From the NCBI GenBank assembly GCA_951406725.2, contig OX597827.1, forward strand, positions 35,712,001 through 35,776,000: a DNA stretch of 64,000 nt. The letters are read 5' to 3'. Under the pieces are notes generated by a model. The model searched no databases. It had not been told where the DNA came from and saw only the letters and a program-made list of their open reading frames with translations. Source of the DNA: Octopus vulgaris. Lineage: Eukaryota. Both the position numbers and the translations under genes were made by a program. Below are positions 48,283 to 59,866 of the stretch, piece after piece (the stretch's first letter is position 1; every line of letters begins with the position of its first letter).

Positions 48283-51200
48283 ATTCGGAGAATTTGAGCA
48301 CGTCAACTTCCTCCACAACATTTTCTGGTTATCGTGCATTCTTTGTTAAAGATCTAGTGTCGAAGAAAAACTTCATGGTAGACACTGGTTCTTGTTGCAG
48401 TATTTGGCCTTTGCGTTGCACAACTGACAGGCCAAAGCGATCTAACGTCATCTTGCACGCTATTGACTCGTCACCAATAGCCACATTCGGTCAGATGTCG
48501 TTGCGCCTTGATATTGGTCTTCGACGAGACTTTCGATGGGTTTTTGTCATTGCCGACATTCCGCATCCTATTTTAGGTGCGGATTTTCTGGATAAATTTG
48601 ATTTGTTGGTAGATGTCAGACGTCGGAGGTTGGTCGATAGTTCGACTACACTCTCCACGCCGACCGGAGAATCTACCAATTTAGCTCTTAGCCCGACATT
48701 TTTTGTCGGTACATCTGGAGATGTTTTTCACTCTCTTTTAGCTTCTTTTCCAGAGCTATATGATGTTACCTTTAGGGTGGCTAAGCCATTGCATTCGACA
48801 CGACACTTTATAACAACAACTGGACCTCCTGTTTTTTCACGTCCAAGGCGTCTTGCACCTGATCGACTTAAAACTGCTAGGGCTGAGTTTGAGCACATGC
48901 TCCAGCTCGGTCTGATACGCCCCTCCACCAGTCCATGGGCATCTCCCCTTCATTTAGTAAGAAAAGGGGATACAGATTTTCGCCCGGTGGGAGATTATCG
49001 GCGTCTAAATTCGGTGACGATTCCAGACAAATATGCCATAAGGATTTTAAACGATTTTTCGGCAAATTTACATGGCTGTACTATTTTTTCTAAGGTTGAC
49101 TTGATACGTGCCTACCATCAAATACCGGTCAACTCAGACGATATTCCTAAAACAGCAATTACTACTCCTTTTGGCTGTTTCGAATTTTTATTTATGAGTT
49201 TTGGTTTGAGGAATGCCACTAGTACTTTCCAACGGTTTATAGATGAAGTTGTTCGCGGACTGGATTTTGTGTTCGCGTATGTCGATGACATTCTAATCGC
49301 AAGTGATACGCATGAAAATCATCTCCTGCACTTGTCTCAGCTTTTTCAGCGTCTTCGCGACTATGATGTTCGCATTAATCCAGACAAGTGTGTTTTTGGG
49401 CAACCATCTCTTAATTTTCTCGGTCATTATATTGACTCGAGAGGAATCAAACCACTCTCATCCAAAGTCGATGCTATTCAGCGCATCGCACCACCTTCTT
49501 CTTTACGTCAACTTCGCCATTTTTTAGGCATAGTTAATTTCTATAGACGTTTCATAGATCGGTGTGCGGACAAGTTGTTACCTTTAACACAGATGCTAAA
49601 GGGCAATTCCAAGAAGGACGCCCGTCTTACTCTTTCGGCTGAAGCACTGTCTGCCTTTGAGTTGGTTAAAAAGGAACTAGCTTCAGTCCCTATTTTGGCA
49701 CATCCGGCTCCTAATGCTCCACTTACTTTATCTGTGGACGCATCAGAGTCTGCAATTGGCGCTGTATTGCAGCACACCGTAGAGGGTGAAGTTAAACCTT
49801 TAGCTTTCTTTTCTTGTCAGCTAAAGCCAGCTGAACGCAGATATAGTACCTTTGATCGAGAGTTACTAGCGATCTATCTGTCAGTTCGGCATTTTTAACA
49901 CCAGCTCGAGGGACGAGCCCCTTACTTTTGCATTATCTTCTAAAACGGATAAACTCTCTCCTCGTGCTTTCCGTCACCTGGACTATATTTCTCAATTTAC
50001 AAGTGACATTAGGCATGTGCCAGGCAGTGAGAACGTCCCTGCAGATGCTTTCTCTAGACTCCCTGTCAATTCCATTTCCTCTCCTGCTGCAATTGATTTA
50101 ACTGCTATTTCGCAGGATCAACCACCTTTAGAGGAGTTGGATTTAACTTCGCCTAAGTTTATTAACTGTAAGTTTGACTACCTTCCGCTCCCTACAGCGG
50201 AAGGCTCTATTCTTTGTGACGTTTCTACCGGTTCACCTAGACCATTAGTACCTGAGAAACATCAACGTTCTGTGTTTGATGCTCTTCATTCACTGTCACA
50301 TCCAGGTATCTCTGCCACAGTAAAGCTTGTTACTGCTCGGTTCTTCTGGCCCAATATGCGACGATCAATTACCTCTTGGGCACGCTCTTGTTTGAGGTGC
50401 CAGAGTGCTAAAGTCCATAGACACGTTCGTGCTCCACTTGGACAATTTTCCTCTCCTGAAGCCCGTTTTCGCCATATCCACCTTGATTTGGTTGGACCAT
50501 GGCCTGTGAGTCGCGGGTTCTCATACATTTTAACATGTATTGATCGTTTTTCACGCTGGCCGGAAGCTATTCCTATAGCAGACATTTCAGCTGAAACTGT
50601 TGCGAGGGCTTTCGTATCTAATTGGATTTCGAGGTATGGTGTACCGTACAGTTTAACCACAGATCGTGGTCGACAATTCGAGTCTGCATTGTTTCGTGAG
50701 TTATCACGAATCCTGGGGATGCATCATATACGCACCACAAGTTACCACCCCGCTTCTAATGGGATGGTGGAGCGTTTCCATAGGCAACTTAAGGCCGCTT
50801 TGCGTGCCTCGCCGAATCCACAGACATGGACTGAATTTCTACCGATCGTCCTGCTTGGATGTCGGACTGCGATTAAAGCAGACCTTGGTTTTTCGTCTGC
50901 CGAGCTCTTGTATGGTACCACACTGGCATTGCCTGGTACGATGTTGGTGCCAGACAAGTCACAGTCTCTTAATTTAGAGTCTTATGTTGCTCGATTACGC
51001 AGATATTTTTCTGCCCTTCCTCCTATGGACCCTCGACACCAAAATCCTCCTTCTAGTGTGCCATCAGACCTTAATTCTTGGACGCATGTTTTTATTCGTG
51101 ATGATTCTGTCAAAGGACCTCTTGTTTCTCCTTATAAAGGACCTTTTCGTGTGATTTCTCGCACGCCGAAGGTATTCAAACTTGAAATTAACGGTCGTTC

Positions 51201-51459
51201 GGAGACCGTCTCCGTAGATCGTCTTAAAAGGGCATATTTTGAGGTGTCCACATCTTTTAATGACCCCACTGCCAGAACCATCGTTGAACCTTCACATGCA
51301 CCTTTGACAACACCACTATTTACACATGCACCATTATCAACACCAACATCGACAACACCACCTTCGTCGTCGCAGCCTGCCTCGAACAGACCTTATGTTA
51401 CGAGGTCAGGCAGAACTGTTCACTGGCCGAAAAAAATTTCCAAAACTATTTATATTTGA
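48273..51459 (+). pseudogene. pol: Gypsy Pol (protease, RT, RNase H, integrase) with a nonsense codon and small deletion in RNase H
   Basis: VDTGS, YVDDILI, VDAS, HSLSH/CLRC, HLDLVG, TDRGRQF, NGMVER, YKGPF; TAA at 49896-49898; TDHK motif missing near 49915. Confidence 0.92.
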
Positions 51460-51675
51460 CATTTTCAATTGACTTCCCAGTGACAGTTCAGTACTCATTG
51501 AACTTTGCTCATTTTGAGTATTTTTTCTCTTTTTACCTTTAAGGTGAATTTTTTTTTTTTTTTTGCTGTTTAATGTATTATATTGTGTGCTATTTTTGGT
51601 TATCTGGTGTCCACCTTGAGTTTTATGTTCACTACAAGGAATTGTTGTTCGTGCTTAGGCACTGGAGGGGAGCTT

Positions 51676-52250
51676 TGTAGTCACCCTATACAACAGCGCG
51701 CGCGCGCAACGCCCTCTCGCGAATACACGAAGTCCGAAAGAGGGAATTTTGCTGACGTGGCCTTAGCTGACGTGGCCTTGCTGACGTGGCCTTAGCAAGG
51801 GAGCGTGAGCCTTAACAAAGAGGCAAGGGAGCGTAAAGCGTTGACCATTAGCGTCCGACAGACAGCGGCAGGCATTTCATAGAAGTAGACGTTTAATTCG
51901 CTCTCTCTCCGGTTGATAGCAGCAGTCCTTTGGCCGAAGACTTTTAACCTGAATTGTTGCAGTCAAATCATCTTCTTCCTCCGGACGCCATTTTGGACCC
52001 GTTCTGGTCTTGGCGGCTGAACATTGTAAATATTACAATCGATTAACTTTCAGCCTTGCGCGCCCAGAACCAAGGACATCAGATATACCACTGATTTCTC
52101 ACCGGTATAAACCAATAAAGTATATCTATTTTTTACGTCTGCGTTTTGTGTTTCTTTGACTGGTAGAGTCTGGATATAAAAGCAACGGAAAGTGATTGCA
52201 CCAACTTGCACCCCAAAAGTGCAAGCGGAGATATTCACATATTCCTTACA
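51676..52250 (+). repeat. 3' LTR
   Basis: Copy of 46538-47112, followed by TSD gatt. Confidence 0.95.
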
Positions 52251-52329
52251 GATTTTTCTCAAACGTCCAGAAGAAACATTAGAGATAGTAGATAGTTTCT
52301 ATTATCTAGCAGACCTATTTATCACTGTA

Positions 52330-53308
52330 GAAGTATGATCTGGAAGTATAGTTGCTACAATACGAATCGGCTGGAGAAAGTTCAGACAGTTATTACTTCT
52401 GTTGGTAACAAAGGTCCTCTCACTCAGAATGAAAGGCAGATTGTACAATACTTACGTACGAACAGCAATGCTGCATAATTGTTCAACTTGAGCCGTCAAT
52501 GCTGAGGGTATACGGAGACTAGAAAGAAATGAAGCGGATAAATTCCGCTGGATAGTGTGCATGTACGACAAATTACAAATGTGTCGAAAGAAAAATTGAA
52601 TATGTATGAGTCAATAATCAGATATGGTGTGCAAGAGAGAAGACTCTGTTAGTATGGCCTTCTGATGCGAATGGATGAGACAGCTGTATAAAGAAATGCT
52701 GGCAGCTATACGTGGAAGGAACCTGTGGGAGAGGGGGACTTAGGAAGACGTGGGATAAATTAGTGAAGACTGACATCAAGATTTTGAACCTCACGGAGGT
52801 GATGAGAAAAGCCGAAATGACTGGTTATATGCTGAGCTTGAGAAGACCTGTCCATCTCAGCAAAAATGAAGTCCAATCAAGCCGCCCGTCACGACTCATC
52901 TTCTCCCACCCATCCCTCCATCAATCTTCTAACTACAACACTACTCGCTCAGCTGTTGTAAATGATATCATTTATCCCCCTGCATTTCACATTGTCTCCC
53001 TATCATTGTTCCTTATTACCTCCTCCTTGACCCAATCTTATTTCCTTCACTTTCCACCCTACTCCCCCACTCTCCCCAAAAAAACTGATATTCACCATTG
53101 ACCATGTCGCCACCGTATGCCTTTTTTACTGCATCCAGCTTTATCTCCATCTCTAACCATCTGTCACACTTCTTTCACACTCTCTCGAACTTGCCTACAC
53201 ACACTTTCTGTTCATTTATCCCCATTCTATCTCTTATATTCACCTTGTACCTTGGGGGTGCACACTGACAACCTCTCTCTCTCTCTCTTTCTTTCTTTCT
53301 CTCTCTCT

Positions 53309-53343
<35 letters not shown>

Positions 53344-53683
53344 CCTTCAGCTAGAAAAGCTATGTATCTCTTCTTCAGCAAGACATTTATTCCTGTCCCT
53401 CTTTCATACTCTCACCTCCCCCAATACCATACCCTCATTCTGTTGAGAAGGTCTTGTCTTGCAAGTTACTTTATGGCCTCACTAGTGCCAGTGCTACGAA
53501 AACAGCACCTAGTACACACTGTAAAGTGTTTGGCGTTAAGAATGGCATCAAGCTGAAGAAATCACGCCAAAGCAGTCATTGGAGACTGGCGCAGTCGTTG
53601 GACTCGCTGGCTACTGGCGAACCAGCTAACCACGTCAGCATAGAAAACAAACGTTAAATGATGATGATGATGATGATGATGAT
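52330..53683 (+). mobile_element. Decayed RTE-clade LINE 3' part with (ATG)n tail
   Basis: IRIGWRKFRQLLLLLVTKVLSLRMKGRLYNTYVRTAMLH; EGTCGRGGLRKTW; ends cgttaa(atg)n. Confidence 0.75.
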
Positions 53684-53997
53684 GTTATATGATTTTAACG
53701 GTAAAACTCGAAGTAGATAAAGCTATAAATTGCAACGTGTAAATATTGGGTTAAAAACCCTTTGGATATGTGTATATATGTGTGTAATTTCTTATTTCTT
53801 ATATGTTTTTATCTGCATCTTTTTCTATAATTTCTTTTCTCCTCTTGTATATTGTATAACGTATTTCGCATTCCTGCACCTCTTTGTATAACTTCCCACC
53901 ATACATATATTTGTGCGTACTCTGTTTAATGTACATTGTATTTTATTGTGTATCGTTGAGCACTTGTAGTTTATAAAGCAAACATTTTGTTTTTCAG

Positions 53998-54141
53998 GGG
54001 TACTTGCAAGTATATTGCTCAATAAAATAGGATGCCGAAAAACTGTCATCATTGGTTCCATTCTACAAGCTATTGGTTTCATCGGGTCATATATTGTAAC
54101 GGACACCAAGCTATTGTTTTTGACTCTTAGTGTTATTGCCG
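53998..54141 (+). CDS. SLC16/MCT-like gene, 144-nt exon (TM2-TM4)
   Basis: Acceptor ttttcag; GVLASILLNKIGCRKTVIIGSILQAIGFIGSYIVTDTKLLFLTLSVIAG; donor g|gtaaac; phases 1/1 fit the neighbouring exons. Confidence 0.92.
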
Positions 54142-54418
54142 GTAAACTATACTTTCTTGTTTTTCAGTTAGTCAATCTTTTCGGTTGTTGACCTGTTTTT
54201 GTTAACGAACTTCATTATGTTTTTAGTCCAAGATAAAGTGAAGGGGAAGTAAGTCCTTACTTTTGTTAGACATCCCTGACCGATGATGGTGATATAGCTG
54301 TTGTTGCTTGTTGCTCAGTTCTAGCCTTGATCGATCAATGGCCATGAAGCCATAAATTTTTTTAACATTGTCCTATGTACCCTTCTTTTTTGAAGATGGT
54401 TGTGTTTGGTTTGATGGA

Positions 54419-54880
54419 GGTTTGCTTGCTATTTCTTGAAAGATTGCCAAAGTGATGTGGACGCCTCTAATGAGAACCCAATAAGGTTCGAAAATCGATT
54501 AAGGTTGTTCATCATGTTTTCATTCTGCGGAGAAATGGTAAAAATTTGCCCTGCTTATAATTATACCGTATGTTACATATTTATTATCTCATACCTTGAT
54601 ACTGTGTTGTCTAAGATCCCCGTTGACAGGCCGCTGGTATTTATAGGGTGTTAAACTCTTTCGGTATGCAAATTAGGGACTCCTTCATAGAGCAACCACT
54701 GCATTTGTTGAGTATATAAACAGTTTAGCTGCTCGTTTCTCTGGAGACTGTCAGAATGATGTAGACGCCTCTGATGAGAACCCAGTAAGGTTTGAAAATC
54801 GATTAAGGTTGTTTATTTTTTCAGTCTGAAGAGAAATGGCTAAAATATCCCCTGTTTATAATTATACCATATGTTACGTA
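54419..54880 (+). ncRNA. Retrozyme-like 1.5-mer: 304-bp period with two type I hammerhead motifs
   Basis: acgcct-CTAATGA-gaacc..ggttc-GAAA-atcgat-TA-aggttgt (54461-54508) and acgcct-CTGATGA-gaacc..ggttt-GAAA-atcgat-TA-aggttgt (54765-54812). Confidence 0.8.
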
Positions 54881-55019
54881 TGTATGTGTGTATATATATA
54901 TTCTTTCTAAAGACTTTTTAAAATCAGTCATGAATAGGAAACGTTTTGTTTTCCTACTGTCTGCCTTTTTTTAATTATTCAGTCCTTATGTTTTATAGTA
55001 TTAATGTTAATAATATTAT

Positions 55020-55235
55020 TCATAATACAAAAGATGATAAAGCAGCGAGCTGGCAGAATCGTTAGCACGCCGAACAAAACGGTTTGTGGCATTTCGTCCG
55101 TCTTTACGTTCTAAGTTCAAATTCGACTGAGGCTGACTTTACTTTTCATCCCTTTCGGGGTTTATAAAATAAGTATCAGTTGAACATTGGAGTTGGTGTG
55201 ATCAACTTACCCAATCCCTGAACTTGCTGGCCTTG
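55020..55235 (+). mobile_element. SINE of the dominant family
   Basis: gcagcgagctggcagaatcgttagcacgcc...gttcaaattc...cctttcgggg. Confidence 0.85.
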
Positions 55236-55448
55236 TATACCCTCCAGCCTTCATCAGGTGTCTTGGGGAAATTTCGAACCTGTTTTCTTTTTGTTTTTTT
55301 TCAACTGTTGTAATGGATCCTCTCACAGGTTAGAAATTTCCTCAAAACACCTGATGAATACTGGAGGGTATATCAGCTGAAAGGTGTTAACAACAAAACA
55401 AGACGAGGACAAATATCCGTCAAATGTAAATAATGTAAATAATGTAAT
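55236..55448 (+). mobile_element. PLE pLTR-like fragment with inverted duplication, degenerate hammerhead and (aatgtaaat)n tail
   Basis: 55236-55283 is the reverse complement of 55325-55372; acac-CTGATGA-...tcagct-GAAA at 55347-55382. Confidence 0.55.
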
Positions 55449-55820
55449 ATAATTCTCTTTATACGTAATTATTTTTCAGATTTTCGTTTATTATTTACAA
55501 TCATAGGGTATTTTAAATTTTATGATATTTCTTTGTAACAAAACTCGTATAGAAGTGAAATGAAGTCGTTGCAACTGAAAGTTTACATTGAGTCCTCATT
55601 GGGGCTTTACTACCTCCACTACTCCATAATAAACTCAAACCTCCTTAAGAATACAATGGTTTCTAACCGAGACAGGCAACCACACAGCTGAAGGGGAAAA
55701 AAACAGTGGTGCCGAAAAGTGATCACATTATATGCTAATGTTTATTTTATCGATATCCTGGGTGTTTGAGATATAACTAGATTAATAGAATTTCTATAGG
55801 ATCAAATAAAATGCCGTTGA

Positions 55821-56110
55821 GAAGGCGCGCGGCTTAGTGCTTAGGGGTATTCGGCTCACGATCGTAAGGTCGTGAGTTCGATTCTTGGTGACACGTTGTG
55901 TCCTTGAGCAAAACACTTTATTTCACGTTGCTCCAGTCCACTCAGCTGGCAAAAATTAGTAGTACCTGTATTTCAAAGGGCCAGTCTTGTCACGCAGAAT
56001 CTCCCTGAGAACTCTGCTATGGGCATGCGTGTTTGTGGAGAACTCAGCCACTTTTACGATGATTTCATGAGCAGGTTGTTCCGTTGATCGGGTCAACAAC
56101 CGGAGTGCCA
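55821..56110 (+). mobile_element. tRNA-derived SINE (third head type)
   Basis: B box gagttcgattc; tgtgtccttgagcaaaacactt central block; tail shared with 19052-19200. Confidence 0.8.
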
Positions 56111-56130
56111 TTTTTTTTTAGATAAAATTC

Positions 56131-57007
56131 GGATCTTTACCTTTTGACCGACAGATTAAGAAAATGATTTTTTGTAACGTTTAGTTACAAAAATTTTTTT
56201 TTTTTCAAACTTCGTATACTGGTAGAATGTGTCATATAAAATATATTTTACTCTTAGCGTTTTTGAGAAAAGTTTGTTTACGAAGTTATTTCGTGTTAAA
56301 GTTCACGTATTTCGGTAATTTCAACCAACTAATGACGTGTATTCAGCTGAATAAAATTACTGCCGTTGTTTGTCAATAACTATCGGCGGTATATATGCCG
56401 TTTGTCACTGTTGTTTATGACATCGTTCGTACGTTTGTACTAGTTTTAGCTTTAAGGTTTTAGTGTTTTAGGCTTAGGATTTTAGGGTTTGGGTTTTAGG
56501 GTGAGGGGTTTTAGGGTTAGGGCTAGGGTTTTAGGGTTAGGGTTAGGGCTTTAGGGTTAGGGTTTTAGAGTTAGGGTTAGGGTTAGGCTTTTGGGGTTAG
56601 GGTTAAGGTTTTAAGATTAGAGTTACGGAAAAAATGAAAAACGAAGCACGAACGATTATGGTGGTGCCATGAAGTAAACATGCTTCAGATACACTCGTTT
56701 ATTCATACAAACGTAACTGAGATAAAATATGTCATAAATAACAGTGACAAACGACATATACACCACCGATAGTTGTTGACAAACAACGGCAGTAATTTTA
56801 TTCAGCTGAATACACGTCATTGATTGGTTGAAATTACCGAAATACGAAAACTTTAACACGTAAATAATTTCGTAAACATAAACTTTTCTCAAAAATGCTA
56901 AGAGTAAAATATATTTTATATGACACATTCTACCAGTAAACGAAGTTTGAAAGTGTTTAATTACAAAAAATTATTTTCTAAATCTGCCGGTCAAAAGGTA
57001 AAGATCC
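56131..57007. mobile_element. Foldback MITE with ~300-bp TIRs and a central degenerate (TTAGGG)n tract
   Basis: ggatctttaccttttgaccg...cggtcaaaaggtaaagatcc; flanks taaaattc and taaaatta (candidate 8-bp TSD); TTAGGG variants at 56445-56625. Confidence 0.9.
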
Positions 57008-57332
57008 TAAAATTATTTAGTGTAATTAGTTGTGGGCCTTTGTGTTCTGAGTTTAAATCCTGCCAACTTTGTGTTTCATGCTTCCTGAGCCGATAACTTA
57101 AAGTCAGGTACAGATATCGATGTAATATCTCAATAAATGTAAATGTAGTTATCATAGAAAATTTCCGACCAAATGTAACTCACCACTACATGCAAAGCAT
57201 TTAAACTGGCTTTCTTTGGTTCTTGCCATCCACCGCCCTACAGTTGTAAAATATTTAGATAGTACAAAGTTTTAGAATAATCGCAAAAGTCTTCAAATTT
57301 GTTCTTATGATGATTATTTTTTCTTGTTTTAG

Positions 57333-58505
57333 GTACTGGATGCGGTATATGTTATACGACTGCCATGGTTGCTATCAGTTACCATTTTGATCGCTATTTG
57401 GGACTAGCATCTGGGATTGCTGTCAGCGCACAAGGAATTGGAACAATTATGATAAATGCAATAGAGAGTACTGTGAATTTCTATGGGTTGCGTAACTTTT
57501 TCCTTCTCGTAGCTGGGTATGTCCTTCAAAATTGTGTTTTCGGTGCTCTTTTACGGACGTCTGAGCACGAACGAAATTATAATAAAAAAGTAAAAAATAA
57601 CAAAACAGTCAATAGCAAAGTAACCTTCGCTTACGAACAGGATGTATTTGACAACGAATTAAAATCAAAGCCTGAGAATTTAACAATCCACTCCAGTGAT
57701 CTCCAAAACACTTCAAACAAACTGCACCAACATGAAACCCAATATGATTGCAAAGAAATCAACTTACAAATTAAGGATTCTAAACCAGAAAGCGTGGATG
57801 AAAATAGCACTGATAAAACTGATAGAAAATTAGACCAACTCTCAGAAAAGCCAAACGAAGAAAAATCTACTGTCAAAATTGAAACGAAAGTCAATTTGGA
57901 CTCGCGGCACATACAGTCTTCAGGTGCCCAAGAAATGGATGTAACTGGACAACCAAGCAACAAGTTTACTACAGAAAATCGTTTGCAGGAAACAACACAG
58001 GTTAGCAACTGCAACGAAAAGGAGACCTGTTTCGAAGAGTACTTGAAACTTGTAAAGGATTTCAGGTTTATGTTATTCGTTCTATACGTGGGATTGTTTG
58101 CTTCCGCCGAGAGTATCATTTATATCCTGCTTCCATCTTACTTCATTGAAAAGGGAACGACAAAAGATCAAGTTGCGCAATTGTTCACCTTCGTTGGTAT
58201 CGCTTCTACACTGACTCGTTTTCTAACCGGTGTAATTCTAAACAAAAACCTTTTATCACTCACTGTCCTATTTTCAGTGCCGTCATTTTTGCTAGCAGTC
58301 TGTAGTTTTGTCGTGCCTTTTTTCATCCATATATATTGGGTCCAGCTAATATACGGTCTTCTGTATGGTGTACTAAATTTCACTGTTTATGCACTCATTA
58401 ATAAGGCATGTATTAAACTTGTCGGTCTAAAAGGAACTTCTTCAGCTATGGGCATGATAATGTTCCTATGGGGTACAGCTGCATTGATTGGATCACCTCT
58501 CACAG
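57333..58505 (+). CDS. SLC16/MCT-like gene, large exon (TM4-TM11 with long cytoplasmic loop)
   Basis: Acceptor ttttag; GTGCGICY...YHFDRYLGLASGIAVSAQGIG...FYGLRNFF...GALLR; C-terminal half ends LIGSPLTG; donor ag|gtaaat at 58506. Confidence 0.93.
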
Positions 58506-59454
58506 GTAAATATTTCATTGTATATGTTTTTGGTTAGTCTTATTTGTTATTATTTTTATGATTTAGGCAGAGGTGGAACGGCAGCGCCCATGACCTTGTT
58601 TCAGGAAAGGCGTAATTGGTGGGAGAAAGAGTGGAAGTTATCTTCAAACAAGAAACCTAGTCAAAGTACTTACAACGGAACGTTCTCTGTTAAAGGTAAC
58701 CAAGGACCAGATTGTTTCTACATTCCAAGAATAGGGATGGTCACAAAGAGGGTATGCAGAGGATGCGGGTATTTTGAAAATACCAGACGGAGTGACGGCC
58801 GTGCCCTGTATATTTACGGGCGCCCTTTGGCAAGGCATAGCACCCATTCAGCCACCCTGCCAAGGATATGACAAAGTCATGGGACTGCAGCATGGTGGAT
58901 TGTGAAGAGGCAGCAGAAGAGCTCAACTGAGCTCTTACAAATTAAAAGACCAACGGTCAGAGTCACCAACCCTATCAAGAGAGTAACTGCAACGCATCCA
59001 TAGGAGCGGCGTCCATGGTTGTGTAATCAGCTAATGAAAGATTCATTGTAACTCAAGTTTCCAATTCAAATTCATAATAATAGAATTGGATGGCGACTGA
59101 GAGTCACAGGAATCTGTGCAAGCAGCGCGACTAGATTACATTAAGAATGATTTCCAGAACTTCAGCAACAGTAGATGCTGCTTATGATGTTGATGATGAT
59201 GATGCTATAGTTTTTACTGTTGTTGTCCGGTGAAAACACAGGAATACACACTGGACTGAGGAATAAGAAATGAACAGCAGTTTCCATTGAATCTTGTTCA
59301 ATAACCTGTTGAATGTTATTACGTGGTTGCGTTACTGTTAGCAGATGTGTTACTGGCCAAATTCCAGTGACATACGAAAGTATGCATCATACGGATAGAT
59401 TACGGCCCGATATTTCATAAAGCTGATATTTCATAAAGTGGAATGAAGGGAAAG

Positions 59455-59575
59455 ATATGTGTGTGTGTGTGTGTTTATACGTATATATGTATATACATGT
59501 ATATGTTTGTATGAATATGTATATATGTATATACGTATGTATACAAACACATACATACATACATACATACATACA

Positions 59576-59607
<32 letters not shown>

Positions 59608-59638
59608 CATATGTACATATACATATGTACATACAGGA

Positions 59639-59710
<72 letters not shown>
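59455..59710. repeat. Compound (TG)/(TACA)/(GATA) microsatellite
   Basis: Seen directly in the sequence. Confidence 0.95.
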
Positions 59711-59776
59711 AGTAACCATGAAAAAGCGAAATGATTGTCATCACTTGAAAAAGACAGAGAATATAATCAAACAGAG

Positions 59777-59866
59777 TCTCTTACACCTGTTTCTAGAATA
59801 GCCAGGCATGTGGATCATCATATTGAATAAGGATTCCATAACTTGAGTATTCCATCATCAGAGAGG
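59777..59866 (-). ncRNA. Type I hammerhead motif with long stem II
   Basis: Minus strand ctct-CTGATGA-tggaata...tattcta-GAAA-caggtg-TA-agag. Confidence 0.7.

Larger units (their letters stand above)
46538..52250 (+). mobile_element. Full-length Ty3/Gypsy LTR retrotransposon inside the MFS gene intron
   Basis: 575-bp TG...CA LTRs; 4-bp TSD GATT; PBS TGGTGACCCC (tRNA-Trp) at 47114-47123; PPT ggaggggag near 51664-51672; gag and pol present. Confidence 0.97.

Noticed and set aside
56445-56625. TTAGGG tract as a true telomere or chromosome fusion scar
   Set aside because: It is degenerate, single-orientation and enclosed by MITE TIRs.
58565-59040. GC-richer block after the large exon, considered as the last MCT exon
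   Set aside because: No hydrophobic TM12-like frame after a good acceptor; more likely a decayed retroelement piece that I cannot assign.
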